Assembly: GCA_963666425.2 (NCBI GenBank)
Contig: OY762825.2
Location: 2,048,001-2,112,000 of the forward strand
Direction: 5' to 3'
Length of the DNA: 64,000 bases
Origin: Bacillota bacterium
GTDB taxonomy: Bacteria; Bacillota; JAAYKD01
Part shown: piece by piece, positions 49,539 to 60,869 of the stretch
Position numbering within the stretch: position 1 is the stretch's first letter
Layout of the letters: each line of letters starts with the position of its first letter
Made by a program: the position numbers and the translations under genes
Notes under the pieces: generated by a model
Database searches by the model: none
What the model was told of the DNA's origin: nothing
Seen by the model: only the letters and a program-made list of their open reading frames with translations

Positions 49539-50219
49539 ATGTTTACTTTTGATTCAGTCAGTAAGATATATAACAACAGGGTGCAGGCTTTGGATAATGT
49601 TTCCTTTTCGATCGAGAAAGGAGAATTCGTTTATTTGGTTGGTCCCAGCGGTGCCGGTAAATCGACGATTTTACGCCTGATGACGGCGGAAGAACGTCCG
49701 ACAAGCGGTAAGATTACCTTGGATACACAAATCATCAATCGTTTGCGCCGCAACCGGGTGGCGGCTTTACGCCGCAGACTTGGCGTCGTTTTTCAGGATT
49801 ACCGGCTGTTGTCACAGAAAACGGTTTATGAAAATGTGGCGTTTGCCATGCAGGTCGTGGAAGCATCCAATCGGGAGATTCATAACCGGGTGCCTTTGCT
49901 GCTGGAATTGGTAGGTCTGTCAACCCGATCCAAATCTTTTCCCGATCAGCTTTCCGGCGGCGAGAAGCAGCGGGTGGCTATTGCCAGAGCACTGGCCAAT
50001 GACCCCGGTATCCTAATTTGTGATGAACCAACCGGCAATTTGGATCCGGCAACTTCCTGGGAAATCATGCGCCTCTTAGGTTTGGTCAACGAGCGCGGCA
50101 TGACTGTGATTATGGCGACACATGATAAAGAAATGGTCAACCGTATGAAGCATCGGGTCATTGTGATGGAAGGCGGCAAGAAAGTAAATGAACGCTTGGA
50201 AGGGGGATACAACAATTGA
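49539..50219 (+). CDS. ftsE: Cell division ATP-binding protein FtsE
   Basis: GPSGAGKS, VFQDYRLL, LSGGE.QR and DEPTGNLD motifs. Confidence 0.96.
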   Translation: MFTFDSVSKIYNNRVQALDNVSFSIEKGEFVYLVGPSGAGKSTILRLMTAEERPTSGKITLDTQIINRLRRNRVAALRRRLGVVFQDYRLLSQKTVYENVAFAMQVVEASNREIHNRVPLLLELVGLSTRSKSFPDQLSGGEKQRVAIARALANDPGILICDEPTGNLDPATSWEIMRLLGLVNERGMTVIMATHDKEMVNRMKHRVIVMEGGKKVNERLEGGYNN

Positions 50220-51103
50220 AACCCCACACCATAGCTTATTATTTTAAAGAAGCTTTTACCGGCTTACGGCGCAACGGCTGGATGATGTTTGCTTCTGTGG
50301 GCATTACGCTGGTGATGTTTATTATTCTGGGTCTATTTCAGGTACTGACCGCGAATCTGGATTATATCGCGCGTGATGTGGAAGGCAAGTTAGAGATCAC
50401 CGCTTATCTGGACGATCAGGTTGCGCAGGAGGGCATTGCTCTGCTGCAGCGTCAGATTGAGGCGATCCCTGCGGTCAAGGAAACTGTCTTTGTCTCCAAC
50501 GCGGAAGCGCTGATTCGTCTTTCGGAGAAATTGGGCAGCCGCTCAGATTTATTGGCGGGTTATGAAAGCGACAATCCCTTGCGCAATTCCTTTGAAGTGA
50601 CAACAACGGAGATCGAACAGGTCGCTGTGGTGGCGTCTGATTTGGGAAAGCTGAATGGGATTGCTGAAGTCAAATACGGCAGAGAAGAAGTGGAAAAGCT
50701 GCTGAGTATCACCAAAGCGATCCGTTACGGCATGGCTGCTTTAATGTTAGCTTTGGCTACCGCAACCTTGTTTGTCATGATGAATACCATTCGCCTGACT
50801 GTATTTGCCCGCAGACAGGAAATCCAGATCATGAAGTATGTTGGCGCCACCGATTGGTTTATCCGTTGGCCTTTCATTTTGGAAGGGATGATTATGGGGA
50901 TTTTCGGTGCGATGTTGGCAGGCGGTTTTATTTTCCTGATTTATCATTATTTTGTCGGTTATGTGATGACTACGATTCCTTTCCTGCCGGTGCTGCCGGT
51001 GTTTCCGTTTATGCGGGGATTATTCTTCACACTGATTGCCGGGGGAGCCTTGATCGGAATTATTGGCAGCGCGCTTTCCCTGGGCCGTTATTTGAAAGTA
51101 TAG
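50216..51103 (+). CDS. ftsX: Cell division permease FtsX
   Basis: NPL..S, NTIRLTVFARR.EI.IM..VGAT..FIR.PF..EG motifs. Confidence 0.96.
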   Translation: MKPHTIAYYFKEAFTGLRRNGWMMFASVGITLVMFIILGLFQVLTANLDYIARDVEGKLEITAYLDDQVAQEGIALLQRQIEAIPAVKETVFVSNAEALIRLSEKLGSRSDLLAGYESDNPLRNSFEVTTTEIEQVAVVASDLGKLNGIAEVKYGREEVEKLLSITKAIRYGMAALMLALATATLFVMMNTIRLTVFARRQEIQIMKYVGATDWFIRWPFILEGMIMGIFGAMLAGGFIFLIYHYFVGYVMTTIPFLPVLPVFPFMRGLFFTLIAGGALIGIIGSALSLGRYLKV

Positions 51104-51113
51104 TGGGTGAAAA

Positions 51114-52253
51114 ATGAAAAAACAGAAATGGATCATCAGTCTGCTTTGCCTTTGCCTGGTTGCAGCTTTTAGTTTTGCCAATGCCGATGAGGTATCGGAT
51201 TACGAAGCGGCTTTGGCGGCGGCCAATGCGCAGAAAGCGGAACTCTTAGGCAAAATCGAATGGGCGAATCAACAGACAAGCAGTCTTCTGACGGAGCTGG
51301 CGCAGGTCGATTGGGAATTGGACTGGACAACCCAAGAGCTGACCTATCTGCAAAATGAGAAAGTGACGACAGAACAAAACGTGCTGCAAGGGCAGCAGCA
51401 ATTGGCTTTGATCGAAGCGGAACTGCAGAAAAAATACGAGGTGTCTAAAACACGGCTGCGCGCTCTCTATGAGAACGGCAACGTCAGTTACCTGGAGGTA
51501 CTCTTTGGCAGTTCCTCCTTCAGTGAATTTCTGACCAGTTTTGATCAGATCACTCTGCTGTTTCAAAGAGACGTAGAGTTATTGGAAGAGCAGCGGGTCT
51601 TGAGGAAAAATCAAGAGGAAATCAATACGACTTTGGAAAACTATAATAGTTATTTGGCTTCGCTGGCTTACCAGGCCGGTGTACGCAGTGGGGAATTGGC
51701 AACCATGCGCACGGAACGCAATAGCTTAATGGAGAACATTCAGGGTCAGAAAGAAAGCTGGCAGGCATCCTATGACGCCTTTGAAGCGCAGGCTGTCGCC
51801 CTGGAAGAGACAATTCGTCAATTGCAGGCGCAAAATCAAGGCAATATCCACGGCAGCGGACAGTATATCTGGCCGGTACCCAGTTCTTATGTTATCACCG
51901 ATCAATTCGGTTGGCGGGATGATCCCTTTGGTGGCAGCAATAGCAATTACCACGGCGGTTTGGATATTGCGGCTTCTTATGGTGCCAATATTTTGGCTGT
52001 GGATAACGCCACGGTGATTTATGCCGGCTGGAATTCCGGCGGTTACGGTAATATGGTCATGCTGGACCACGGCAACGGCATCGTCACGGTCTATGGCCAT
52101 ATGTCACAAATTTTAGTTAATGTTTGGGATACCGTCGATAAAGGTGATGTGATCGGGCTGGTGGGATCTACCGGTTGGAGCACAGGACCGCATTTGCATA
52201 TTGAGTTTCGTGTCAATGGGGAGCGGGTTGATCCATGGAATTATTTGGGTTAA
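51114..52253 (+). CDS. Coiled-coil + M23 peptidase murein hydrolase/activator (EnvC-like)
   Basis: Signal peptide, coiled coil, HGGLD, YGH and STGPHLH motifs. Confidence 0.9.
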   Translation: MKKQKWIISLLCLCLVAAFSFANADEVSDYEAALAAANAQKAELLGKIEWANQQTSSLLTELAQVDWELDWTTQELTYLQNEKVTTEQNVLQGQQQLALIEAELQKKYEVSKTRLRALYENGNVSYLEVLFGSSSFSEFLTSFDQITLLFQRDVELLEEQRVLRKNQEEINTTLENYNSYLASLAYQAGVRSGELATMRTERNSLMENIQGQKESWQASYDAFEAQAVALEETIRQLQAQNQGNIHGSGQYIWPVPSSYVITDQFGWRDDPFGGSNSNYHGGLDIAASYGANILAVDNATVIYAGWNSGGYGNMVMLDHGNGIVTVYGHMSQILVNVWDTVDKGDVIGLVGSTGWSTGPHLHIEFRVNGERVDPWNYLG

Positions 52254-52320
52254 TTGAAGGTTTTAAAAATGATGCGCTGATTCGAGAGCGAGAACGGTGC
52301 AGCAAAAGGAGTCGTATTAT

Positions 52321-54015
52321 ATGGAGATTGAGGAAAAGAAAAATCCGGAATCCGCTGAACCGGAGCAGATCGGCCAACCGTTAGAGTCCAACGAGGAAGC
52401 GATGCCAAGCAGTGAGACACCAGCACAGGAGCAGGCAGCAGAGGCAGCGGCAGAACTGTCCGGGCAGACGAAACCGGAGCAGGACGCAGCGCAGAATTTA
52501 CTGATTCCGCGGCAGCCCGAAGAGACCGAGGTGGCTGCTCTACCGGAACCGATGGCGCGGCTGAAACAACCGATTGGCCGCGGTAATCTGGTTTTCTTTG
52601 CGGGTTGTCTTTTGCTCGCCCTGGCTTTGATCTTTAACGGCACGCAATTGTGGCGCCGTTATAACCTGGTGAACACCCCATCGAGCAGCTTAACCGAAAC
52701 TGAGAACAGTAAATATACCGCTTATCTGGCCAATTTGATCTCATCCGATCCGGATCTCTCGGCTTTTATGGAAGCATATCAGTATGTGACCGAGAATTCC
52801 ACCCTAAATCCGGATACCGGCAAGTTGATGGATGGTGCCATTGAAGGCATGCTTGCAGCTCTGGATGATAAATATGCGGCTTATTATGACCCAGAGACCT
52901 TCTCAATTAAAATGGATGACAGCAGTGGATTTTATTCCGGCATCGGAGCGGCGGTGATTGAAAACGGCGGCTATATTACCATCGTGCAGCCCTATGAAGA
53001 TTCACCGGCTGCGACTGCCGGCTTATTAACCGGCGATCAGATTCTGGCTGTGGATGGTACCGATGTCGTGGGCTGGTCTACCGATGATGCCGTCATGCTG
53101 GTGCGCGGTGAAGTGAATACGGATGTTGTATTGACTATCCGTCGTCCCGGCAGTATGGAGGATCTAGAAATCACCGTCACCAGAACGACCGTCGAAACCA
53201 AAACAGTGACCGGCAGTTTGAATGATGACAAAATCGCTGATATCAAACTCACTTCCTTTAATGATCAGACCGGCAAACAATTAGCTGCCCTGATTGAAGA
53301 ATTGAAATCCCAGGGTATGACGGGCTTGATCCTCGATCTGCGCAACAATGGTGGCGGTACGCATACCGGTGTCGTGGAATCGGCACAGTGTCTGCTGCCG
53401 GAGGGTAAAATTTTCTCCGTTGTTTATGCCAATGGTTATACAGATGAAGAGTTTTCCCAACTGAAAGACCGTGGTTTCCCGATGGTGGTGCTGATCAACC
53501 AATACAGTGCCAGCGCTTCCGAAGTGTTGGCGGGCGCTTTGCAGGACAGCGGCGTGCCACTGGTTGGTGTGCAAAGCTACGGAAAAGGGGTAGGTCAGAG
53601 CTCCGTCGATTTATCAAACGGGTCCGGAATTACCTTTACTACCAGCAACTGGTTTACCAGAAATGGTCATCAGGTCGCTGGTGTCGGCCTGACTCCCGAC
53701 TCTATCGTGGTGGATGCCTGGTTCCCGCTTGGCACAATTGATGTGGCGAAACTGAAACCATCCGATCTTGCTTTATTGCAATATAAACTAAACACGCTGG
53801 GCTTCCCGGTGGCGGCAGAGACGGAGTATGCTGCGTCAACCCAAAACGCGGTGGCTGCCTACCAAACGAGCAAAGGGCTGCCGGCAAGCGGTCAGTTGGA
53901 TTTGGCTACCGTACAGAATTTAAACGCCGATTGTTATACCTTACTGGACGGCAGCGGCGATCCGCAATACGAGAAAGCAATGCAAGTCTTACAAGATTTG
54001 CTGACGGCAGACTAG
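52321..54015 (+). CDS. ctpA: S41 carboxy-terminal protease (PDZ + peptidoglycan-binding domain)
   Basis: [26 protein letters not shown]; C-terminal LQ..L..LG....T..AV..YQ...GL...G. Confidence 0.9.
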   Translation: MEIEEKKNPESAEPEQIGQPLESNEEAMPSSETPAQEQAAEAAAELSGQTKPEQDAAQNLLIPRQPEETEVAALPEPMARLKQPIGRGNLVFFAGCLLLALALIFNGTQLWRRYNLVNTPSSSLTETENSKYTAYLANLISSDPDLSAFMEAYQYVTENSTLNPDTGKLMDGAIEGMLAALDDKYAAYYDPETFSIKMDDSSGFYSGIGAAVIENGGYITIVQPYEDSPAATAGLLTGDQILAVDGTDVVGWSTDDAVMLVRGEVNTDVVLTIRRPGSMEDLEITVTRTTVETKTVTGSLNDDKIADIKLTSFNDQTGKQLAALIEELKSQGMTGLILDLRNNGGGTHTGVVESAQCLLPEGKIFSVVYANGYTDEEFSQLKDRGFPMVVLINQYSASASEVLAGALQDSGVPLVGVQSYGKGVGQSSVDLSNGSGITFTTSNWFTRNGHQVAGVGLTPDSIVVDAWFPLGTIDVAKLKPSDLALLQYKLNTLGFPVAAETEYAASTQNAVAAYQTSKGLPASGQLDLATVQNLNADCYTLLDGSGDPQYEKAMQVLQDLLTAD

Positions 54016-54061
54016 GCCAACCAGGACTGAATTTAATTTTCCGGGAGGGGAAGAAATAAAG

Positions 54062-56035
54062 ATGGGACTATTTCAATTACATGCTCCCTATCAGCCGCAA
54101 GGGGATCAACCGAAAGTGATTGAGCAATTGGTAGCCGGCGTCAATGCAGGTTATCGGGGTCAGACGCTGCTGGGCGTTACCGGTTCCGGTAAAACCTTTG
54201 CGATGGCGAACGTGATCGCCGAGACCCAGCGTCCTACCCTGGTGCTTGCTCATAATAAGATCCTGGCAGCTCAGCTGTGCAGCGAATTCAAGGAATATTT
54301 TCCGGAGAACGCTGTCGAGTACTTTGTCAGTTATTATGATTACTATCAACCGGAAGCCTATATTCCGCAGACCGACACTTATATTGAGAAAGACAGCGCG
54401 ATCAATGACGAAATTGATAAACTGCGTCATGCGGCGACCATTGCCCTACTGACCCGCCGGGATGTGATCATTGTCGCCTCGGTTTCCTGTATTTATGGCT
54501 TGGGTTCCCCGATGGAATATATGAATTTGCATTTGCATCTGGAACTGGGTCAGGAGATTCGCAGGGAAGATATTTTACGCCGCCTGGTAGCGATTCAGTA
54601 TCAGCGCAACGAAATTGATTTTCAGCGCGGGCGATTCAGAGTGCGCGGTGACACGGTGGAAGTCATTCCGGCCAATACCAACGAGACGGCTTATCGGATT
54701 GAATTGTTCGGCGATGAGGTGGATCGGATTTCCTGTGTCAACGTCTTGACAGGCGAAATTCTGGAAACACCGAATGCCGTCGATATTTACCCTGCCAGCC
54801 ATTATGTCACTTCGGAAGAGAATGTGAAGCGTGCGATCGTGGAGATCGAAAACGAGATGGAGGAGCGGGTTGCCTGGTTTAAAGAGAACGATTTATTGAT
54901 CGAAGCGCAGCGCATTAAGCAGCGCACAGAGTATGATCTGGAAATGATGATGGAGATGGGTTTTTGCAGCGGCATTGAGAATTATTCGCGGCCGCTTTCC
55001 GGCCGGATGCCCGGCACAGCGCCGGATGTGCTGCTGGATTATTTTCCGGATGACTTTTTAATGATGGTGGATGAATCGCATGTCACGATTCCACAGGTGC
55101 GCGGTATGCACGGCGGTGACCGCGCCCGCAAAGAAAAGCTGGTGCAGTATGGTTTCCGCCTGCCGTCTGCCTTCGATAATCGGCCACTGACCTTTACTGA
55201 ATTTGAAGCGCATATCAATCAGGCTATTTTCGTTTCGGCGACGCCGAGCGAATACGAAGCCGCGCACAGCAGTCAAACCGTGGAGATGATCATCCGACCG
55301 ACCGGTCTGCTCGACCCGGAACTGGATTTAAGACCGATCAAGGGACAGATCGATGATCTATTGGCAGAAATCAAGCTGCGTGCCGCCAAACAGGAACGTG
55401 TTTTGATCACGACGCTGACCAAGAAAATGGCGGAGGATTTAACCGAATACCTGAACCAATTGGGTGTGAAAGTCCGTTATATGCATCACGAAATCGATTC
55501 CCTGGAACGGATGGAAATCATCCGCGATCTGCGCTTAGGTATTTTCGATGTGCTGGTAGGCATCAACCTGCTGCGGGAGGGTCTCGATCTGCCGGAAGTC
55601 TCTTTGGTAGCCATTCTCGATGCGGATAAGGAAGGTTTTTTAAGAAGCGCGCGTGCCCTGATTCAAACCATCGGCCGGGCAGCCAGAAATTCCAACGGTA
55701 AGGTGATTTTATATGCCGACCGCATCACGGATTCGATGAAGATCGCTATCGATGAGACCAACCGCCGCCGAAAAATCCAAGCCGCTTACAACCTGGAACA
55801 TCATATTACGCCAACAACGATTCGCAAAGACGTGCACAGTGTGATCGATTCTATTGCCAGAGGAGATAGCTATGAGCATCTCAGCAAAGAGAAAGTAGAA
55901 AAGATGGACAAACGAGAGCTGCAGGATTTAATTGGACGTTTGGAAAAAGATATGAAAGCCGCGGCCAAAGCGCTGGATTTTGAAGAAGCAGCCAGAATCC
56001 GCGATGCTTTGATGGAATTGCGTGCCTCACTTTAG
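54062..56035 (+). CDS. uvrB: Excinuclease ABC subunit B
   Basis: [26 protein letters not shown] and GRAARN motifs; C-terminal UVR domain. Confidence 0.98.
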   Translation: MGLFQLHAPYQPQGDQPKVIEQLVAGVNAGYRGQTLLGVTGSGKTFAMANVIAETQRPTLVLAHNKILAAQLCSEFKEYFPENAVEYFVSYYDYYQPEAYIPQTDTYIEKDSAINDEIDKLRHAATIALLTRRDVIIVASVSCIYGLGSPMEYMNLHLHLELGQEIRREDILRRLVAIQYQRNEIDFQRGRFRVRGDTVEVIPANTNETAYRIELFGDEVDRISCVNVLTGEILETPNAVDIYPASHYVTSEENVKRAIVEIENEMEERVAWFKENDLLIEAQRIKQRTEYDLEMMMEMGFCSGIENYSRPLSGRMPGTAPDVLLDYFPDDFLMMVDESHVTIPQVRGMHGGDRARKEKLVQYGFRLPSAFDNRPLTFTEFEAHINQAIFVSATPSEYEAAHSSQTVEMIIRPTGLLDPELDLRPIKGQIDDLLAEIKLRAAKQERVLITTLTKKMAEDLTEYLNQLGVKVRYMHHEIDSLERMEIIRDLRLGIFDVLVGINLLREGLDLPEVSLVAILDADKEGFLRSARALIQTIGRAARNSNGKVILYADRITDSMKIAIDETNRRRKIQAAYNLEHHITPTTIRKDVHSVIDSIARGDSYEHLSKEKVEKMDKRELQDLIGRLEKDMKAAAKALDFEEAARIRDALMELRASL

Positions 56036-56173
56036 AGGAAAAGATGCAGATAGTGCAGATTCTCTGTTGATCATAGTCATCAAAAAGCACAATATTCTGC
56101 ATCTTTTCAGTAGAAAATAACGTCGGAACCGCCTTGCATTTTCTGCTTTGTTTGATATAATGTTAAGCGTAGT

Positions 56174-56249
56174 GCGGAAATAGCTCAATTGGTAGAGCGC
56201 CACCTTGCCAAGGTGGAGGTTGCGGGTCCGAGTCCCGTTTTCCGCTCCA
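56174..56249 (+). tRNA. tRNA-Gly(GCC)
   Basis: 76-nt cloverleaf, CCACC-TTGCCAA-GGTGG anticodon arm, encoded CCA; TATAAT at 56156. Confidence 0.95.
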
Positions 56250-56338
56250 ATTTTTATATGAATCTCTCCCCTGATTTTAGCTAAGGGACGGAATGAAGTA
56301 AAATGGTGTGCCGCGATCGGTAACAAAAGGAGGATATT

Positions 56339-57622
56339 ATGGAACTAAAATCTCAAAGCCAAGAGCGTTATTATGTTACGCTCAACGTAGAACTAAGCCC
56401 TGAAGAAGTGGAACAGGGTTTGGAGAAAAGTTATAGAAAAGTGGTACGGCAAATTAATGTTCCCGGTTTCCGCAAAGGAAAGTTTCCGCGTCCCATGTTG
56501 GAAGCCCGCTACGGCGTTGAAATGCTTTATGATGAAGCAGTGGATGCCTTACTGCCGGAAGCTTACGAGTTTGTGCTGAAAGAAACCAATTTGGATCCGA
56601 TTGACCGTCCGGAAGTGGATGTGGTCAGTTTCGCTAAAGGACAGCCGGCGGAAATTAAATTCGTCGTGACCGTCAATCCGGAAGTGGTTTTAGGCGAATA
56701 CAAAGGGATTCAAGTCGAAGTAAAACATAGCGAAGTCAGCGAAGCCGCAGTAGAGGCCGAACTGAAACGTTTACAGGACGAACATGCGCGTCTGGTGCCC
56801 GTGGAAGGCGCCGCGCAGCAAGGCGATTTTATTAAATTGAACTTCGACGGCGCTGTCGATGGTGTAGCGTTTGAGGGCGGAAAAGCGGAAAATTACGACT
56901 TGGAATTGGGCAGCAATTCTTTTATTCCCGGTTTTGAGGATCAATTGATTGGCAAAAATGTCGATGAAGAGGTTACGGTTAAGGTCACTTTCCCGGAGAG
57001 CTATCATGCCGCCGAGTTGGCTTCCAAAGACGCTGTCTTCCTCTGCAAGATCACCGAAATCCATCGTAAGGAAATTTTACCCCTAGACGACGATTTTGCC
57101 AAAGACGTCTCCGATGTAGAGACGCTGGCGGAATTGAAAGTTCAGCTGGAAAATACATTGAAAGAAACCGCAGCCTTACAGGATAAAGAAGCCAAACGGG
57201 ATGCTGTGCTGGCCAAAGTAGTGGCGAACGCTCAGTTGGAAATTCCGGAAATTCTGATCAGCCGTCAAACAGAGCAGATGATGCATAACTTTGAGAATTC
57301 TCTGATGCGTCAGGGCCTCAAATTGGCTGATTACCAAAAAATTCTCGGTAAAACAGTGGAAAGTATGAAAGAAGATTTCAAACCGCAGGCTGAAAAAGCG
57401 GTAAGGCAGACTCTGGTTATTGATCAAATCACCAAAGTGGAAAGCATCGTAGCGACAGAGGAAGAAATAGCAAAACAAGTGGCCGAAATGGCCAAAGCTT
57501 ACCAAATGGAAGCGGATGCATTCCAGAAAATCGTCAATGAACAAGGAATGCAGAATGAAATTGCTGCCGAAGTGGCTTATAAAAAAACAATAGAATTCTT
57601 AACCGAAGCGGCGGCGGAATAA
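56339..57622 (+). CDS. tig: Trigger factor
   Basis: VPGFRKGK ribosome-binding motif; FKBP domain FIPGFE.QL.G. Confidence 0.98.
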   Translation: MELKSQSQERYYVTLNVELSPEEVEQGLEKSYRKVVRQINVPGFRKGKFPRPMLEARYGVEMLYDEAVDALLPEAYEFVLKETNLDPIDRPEVDVVSFAKGQPAEIKFVVTVNPEVVLGEYKGIQVEVKHSEVSEAAVEAELKRLQDEHARLVPVEGAAQQGDFIKLNFDGAVDGVAFEGGKAENYDLELGSNSFIPGFEDQLIGKNVDEEVTVKVTFPESYHAAELASKDAVFLCKITEIHRKEILPLDDDFAKDVSDVETLAELKVQLENTLKETAALQDKEAKRDAVLAKVVANAQLEIPEILISRQTEQMMHNFENSLMRQGLKLADYQKILGKTVESMKEDFKPQAEKAVRQTLVIDQITKVESIVATEEEIAKQVAEMAKAYQMEADAFQKIVNEQGMQNEIAAEVAYKKTIEFLTEAAAE

Positions 57623-57664
57623 GCAGACCCGTTTTTGGTTCGATCGAATTAAGCGAGGAGAAAC

Positions 57665-58993
57665 ATGGCGAAAGGATTTCGGGACGATAAGAAGCAATTC
57701 TTTTGTTCCTTCTGCGGTAAATCGCAGGATCAAGTGCGTAAATTAGTGGCCGGCAACGGAGTTTTTATTTGTAACGAATGTATTGATTTATGCAACGAGA
57801 TTTTGGAAGACGAATTAAAAAATGATCCCAAAGAAGCGTTTACGCTGGAGGAATTGATGAAACCTCTGGAAATTAAACAGGCGCTGGATCAATATGTCAT
57901 CGGCCAAGATGAAGCGAAAAAATCGCTGTCTGTTGCAGTCTACAATCATTATAAACGAATTCGTCAAAAGAGCAGCATTCAAGGGACAAAAGCGAAAAGC
58001 AAGCTGAAAAATGACGAAGCGGAATTATCCAAGAGCAACGTTCTTTTACTGGGTCCGACCGGTGTAGGTAAGACTTATCTGGCTCAGACCTTGGCGAAGA
58101 TCCTCAATGTGCCGTTTGCCATCTCCGATGCTACCACCTTAACCGAAGCAGGTTATGTCGGTGAAGACGTGGAGAATATCTTGCTCCGCCTGATCCAGGC
58201 CGCCGATTATAATATCGAACGGGCGGAACAGGGCATCGTCTATATCGATGAAATTGATAAAATCAGCCGCCGCAGTGAGAACCGCAGCATCACCCGTGAT
58301 GTCTCCGGTGAAGGCGTGCAGCAGGCGCTGCTGAAAATTCTGGAAGGCACCGTGGCCAATGTCCCTCCTCAGGGCGGCCGCAAATTGCCGCATCAGGAAT
58401 TTATCCAACTGGATACCACCAATATTCTCTTTATTGTGGGCGGTGCATTTGATGGTTTGGATAAGCTGATCGAAGCAAGAGTCGGCAAAAAGACGATCGG
58501 TTTTGGTGCCGAAGTGCGGGCAGCCAAGGAAATGACCATGAATGAATTGATTCATCAGGTCATCCCGGCTGATTTAATCCGCTATGGACTGATTCCGGAA
58601 TTGGTCGGACGGATTCCTGTGATTGCAACACTGGATTCGCTGAACGAAGATGTTCTGGTGCGTATCCTGACCGAACCGAAGAACGCCTTGGTGAAACAAT
58701 ATCAACAGCTGTTTGCTCTTGATTTTGTCGAGTTGGAATTCACAACGGATGCGCTCAGAGAAGTGGCGAAAGAAGCCATCAGCCGCAATACGGGTGCACG
58801 CGGACTGCGTGCCATCCTGGAAGGTGTCTTGATGCAGACGATGTATGAAATACCTTCCCGCCACGATGTTCGTAAAGTGATTATCGATGATGCAGTCATG
58901 CGTAAAGAAAAAACACCGATGCTGCTGTTATATAATGACAACTATCTTGCCGACGGAGAAAAAGTGGTTGGCGGAGAACAAAGCGAAGAATAA
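57665..58993 (+). CDS. clpX: ATP-dependent Clp protease ATP-binding subunit ClpX
   Basis: CSFCGK zinc finger, [27 protein letters not shown] and IGF loop. Confidence 0.98.
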   Translation: MAKGFRDDKKQFFCSFCGKSQDQVRKLVAGNGVFICNECIDLCNEILEDELKNDPKEAFTLEELMKPLEIKQALDQYVIGQDEAKKSLSVAVYNHYKRIRQKSSIQGTKAKSKLKNDEAELSKSNVLLLGPTGVGKTYLAQTLAKILNVPFAISDATTLTEAGYVGEDVENILLRLIQAADYNIERAEQGIVYIDEIDKISRRSENRSITRDVSGEGVQQALLKILEGTVANVPPQGGRKLPHQEFIQLDTTNILFIVGGAFDGLDKLIEARVGKKTIGFGAEVRAAKEMTMNELIHQVIPADLIRYGLIPELVGRIPVIATLDSLNEDVLVRILTEPKNALVKQYQQLFALDFVELEFTTDALREVAKEAISRNTGARGLRAILEGVLMQTMYEIPSRHDVRKVIIDDAVMRKEKTPMLLLYNDNYLADGEKVVGGEQSEE

Positions 58994-59137
58994 AAACCAT
59001 CACCTGTGCTGAAAAGGCAAGGGATGGAGATCATGAGAAAACAGACTGATCATTCCGTTACAGAATGATTGGTCTGTTTTTTAGCAAGACAGGATCGATT
59101 TGTTAGGAGATGCACCGAAAATGCAGAATCGCTGCCC

Positions 59138-59174
59138 TTGACAGGAACGCTTGTAATCGATATAATGTTATCGA
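59138..59174 (+). promoter_or_regulatory. Consensus sigma-A promoter of rex-lysR overlapped by an 18-bp palindrome
   Basis: TTGACA 59138-59143, 17-bp spacer, TATAAT 59161-59166; TCGATA-N6-TATCGA at 59157-59174. Confidence 0.85.
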
Positions 59175-59207
59175 AACAAGATGCAAAGGAGGGCTCTCTC
59201 AGTGACA

Positions 59208-59855
59208 ATGAAGAACCTAAAGCCAATCTCAATTCAAACACTCAAGCGACTGCCGGATTATTTGCATTATCTGCAAACAATCAATAATAAAGAAGTCACC
59301 AGCATTTCTGCCACGATGATTGCCAATAGCTTAAAATTGAATGAAGTTCAGGTCAGAAAAGATTTGGCTGCGGTCAGTATGACCAGCGGAAAACCCCGAA
59401 CCGGTTTTAATATCAATGAATTGATCAAGGGGATTGAATCCCGCCTGGGCTATGACAGTAAAGATGAAGCCGTGCTGGTTGGGGTCGGCAAATTAGGTCA
59501 GGCACTGCTTTCCTATCCGGGTTTTCAAACTTATGGTTTAAATATTGTCGCGGGTTTTGACAGCAATCCTAATTTGCATCATGTGACAATCGAAGGCAAA
59601 CTGATCCTGCCGATGGAAAAATTCGTCAACCTTTGTCAGCGTATGAAGATACATATCGGAATTATCACCGTACCTGCCGATCAGGCGCAATCTGTTTGCG
59701 ACTTGATGCTGGCGGGTGGCATCATTGCCATCTGGAATTTCGCTCCGGTCAATCTCAAGGTTCCCAATGGGATTTTTCTTAAAAATGAAAACATGTCAGC
59801 TTCTCTGGCGATGATTTCTCAATTTCTAGCCGAACATTTTCACGATAGCAATTAA
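59208..59855 (+). CDS. rex: Redox-sensing transcriptional repressor Rex
   Basis: T.KRLP.Y, QVRKDL, VGVG.LG.AL.Y and IWNFAP motifs. Confidence 0.93.
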   Translation: MKNLKPISIQTLKRLPDYLHYLQTINNKEVTSISATMIANSLKLNEVQVRKDLAAVSMTSGKPRTGFNINELIKGIESRLGYDSKDEAVLVGVGKLGQALLSYPGFQTYGLNIVAGFDSNPNLHHVTIEGKLILPMEKFVNLCQRMKIHIGIITVPADQAQSVCDLMLAGGIIAIWNFAPVNLKVPNGIFLKNENMSASLAMISQFLAEHFHDSN

Positions 59856-59876
59856 AAAGAAAGCAGAGGAGACTTT

Positions 59877-60824
59877 GTGAATATCCTGCATTTAAAATAT
59901 GCTCTGGAAGTGGAAAAAACCGGCTCGATCACCAGAGCAGCAGAGCATTTATTTATGGGACAGCCAAACTTAAGCAAAGCGATTAAGGAATTGGAAAATT
60001 CACTGGGAATTTCAATTTTCAAGCGCTCTCCCGGCGGTGTGCTGCCGACGCGTGAGGGAGAGGTTTTTTTGCAGCGGGCAAAAAGCGTTTTGCAACAGAT
60101 CGAAGAAATGGAGAGTCTCTACGAGCAGGATAAAGCAGGGAAAATACGTTTTTCTGTGGCGCTGCCCAGAGCCAGTTACCTGGTCTACGCTTATACGCAA
60201 TTTCTCAATCATCTGAAGCGGGCAGCGGATTTGGACTTGAATTTCATCGAAGCCAATTCGATTGATACCATTCATCACGTCAATCGATCCGACTGCAATT
60301 TCGGCTTAATCCGCTATCAGGCAGAGCATGAAAATTACTATCAGTTTCTTCTGAAAGAAAAAAATCTTAGCAGTCGATTGATCTGGGAATTCGAGGCCTG
60401 CCTGCTGACTTCCAAACGCAGTCCTTCCTCCCTGCATGTCGCTTTCAGTAAGCATCATTTGGAAAATGGGATCGAACTGCTCTACGGTGATCAGACCGCT
60501 CCGGTGGCTCCGGCTGATTTGTCCAGCACTTCCCTCAGCGATCGGCAGACGAAGAGGAAAATTTATATTTACGATCGCGGCAGCCAGTTTGATCTGCTCA
60601 ATCAGGTTCCCGGCAGTTTTATTTGGACTTCACCCATGCCGGCCGAACTGCTGCACCGTTATCAATTGATTCAGTATTTCTTTCCGCTGCGGCCGAAGAA
60701 AGTTCGGGATGTCCTTATCTGCGGCAAGGATTATGTTTTCAATCCGATCGATCAGCAATTTTTACATGAAGTTGAACAGGTTAAGCAAGTCTTGCTGGAG
60801 GATTCCGGGGGACAGACCGACTAA
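59877..60824 (+). CDS. LysR-family transcriptional regulator
   Basis: L.Y..EV...GSIT.AA..L...QPNLS..IKELE..LG..IF.R HTH. Confidence 0.93.
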   Translation: MNILHLKYALEVEKTGSITRAAEHLFMGQPNLSKAIKELENSLGISIFKRSPGGVLPTREGEVFLQRAKSVLQQIEEMESLYEQDKAGKIRFSVALPRASYLVYAYTQFLNHLKRAADLDLNFIEANSIDTIHHVNRSDCNFGLIRYQAEHENYYQFLLKEKNLSSRLIWEFEACLLTSKRSPSSLHVAFSKHHLENGIELLYGDQTAPVAPADLSSTSLSDRQTKRKIYIYDRGSQFDLLNQVPGSFIWTSPMPAELLHRYQLIQYFFPLRPKKVRDVLICGKDYVFNPIDQQFLHEVEQVKQVLLEDSGGQTD

Positions 60825-60832
60825 ATAGATCA

Positions 60833-60869
60833 AAGCATATCGATATATACATATCGATATGCTTTTTTT
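60833..60869 (+). terminator. Terminator-like palindrome after lysR, possibly also an operator
   Basis: AAGCATATCGATAT-ATAC-ATATCGATATGCTT followed by a T run. Confidence 0.7.
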
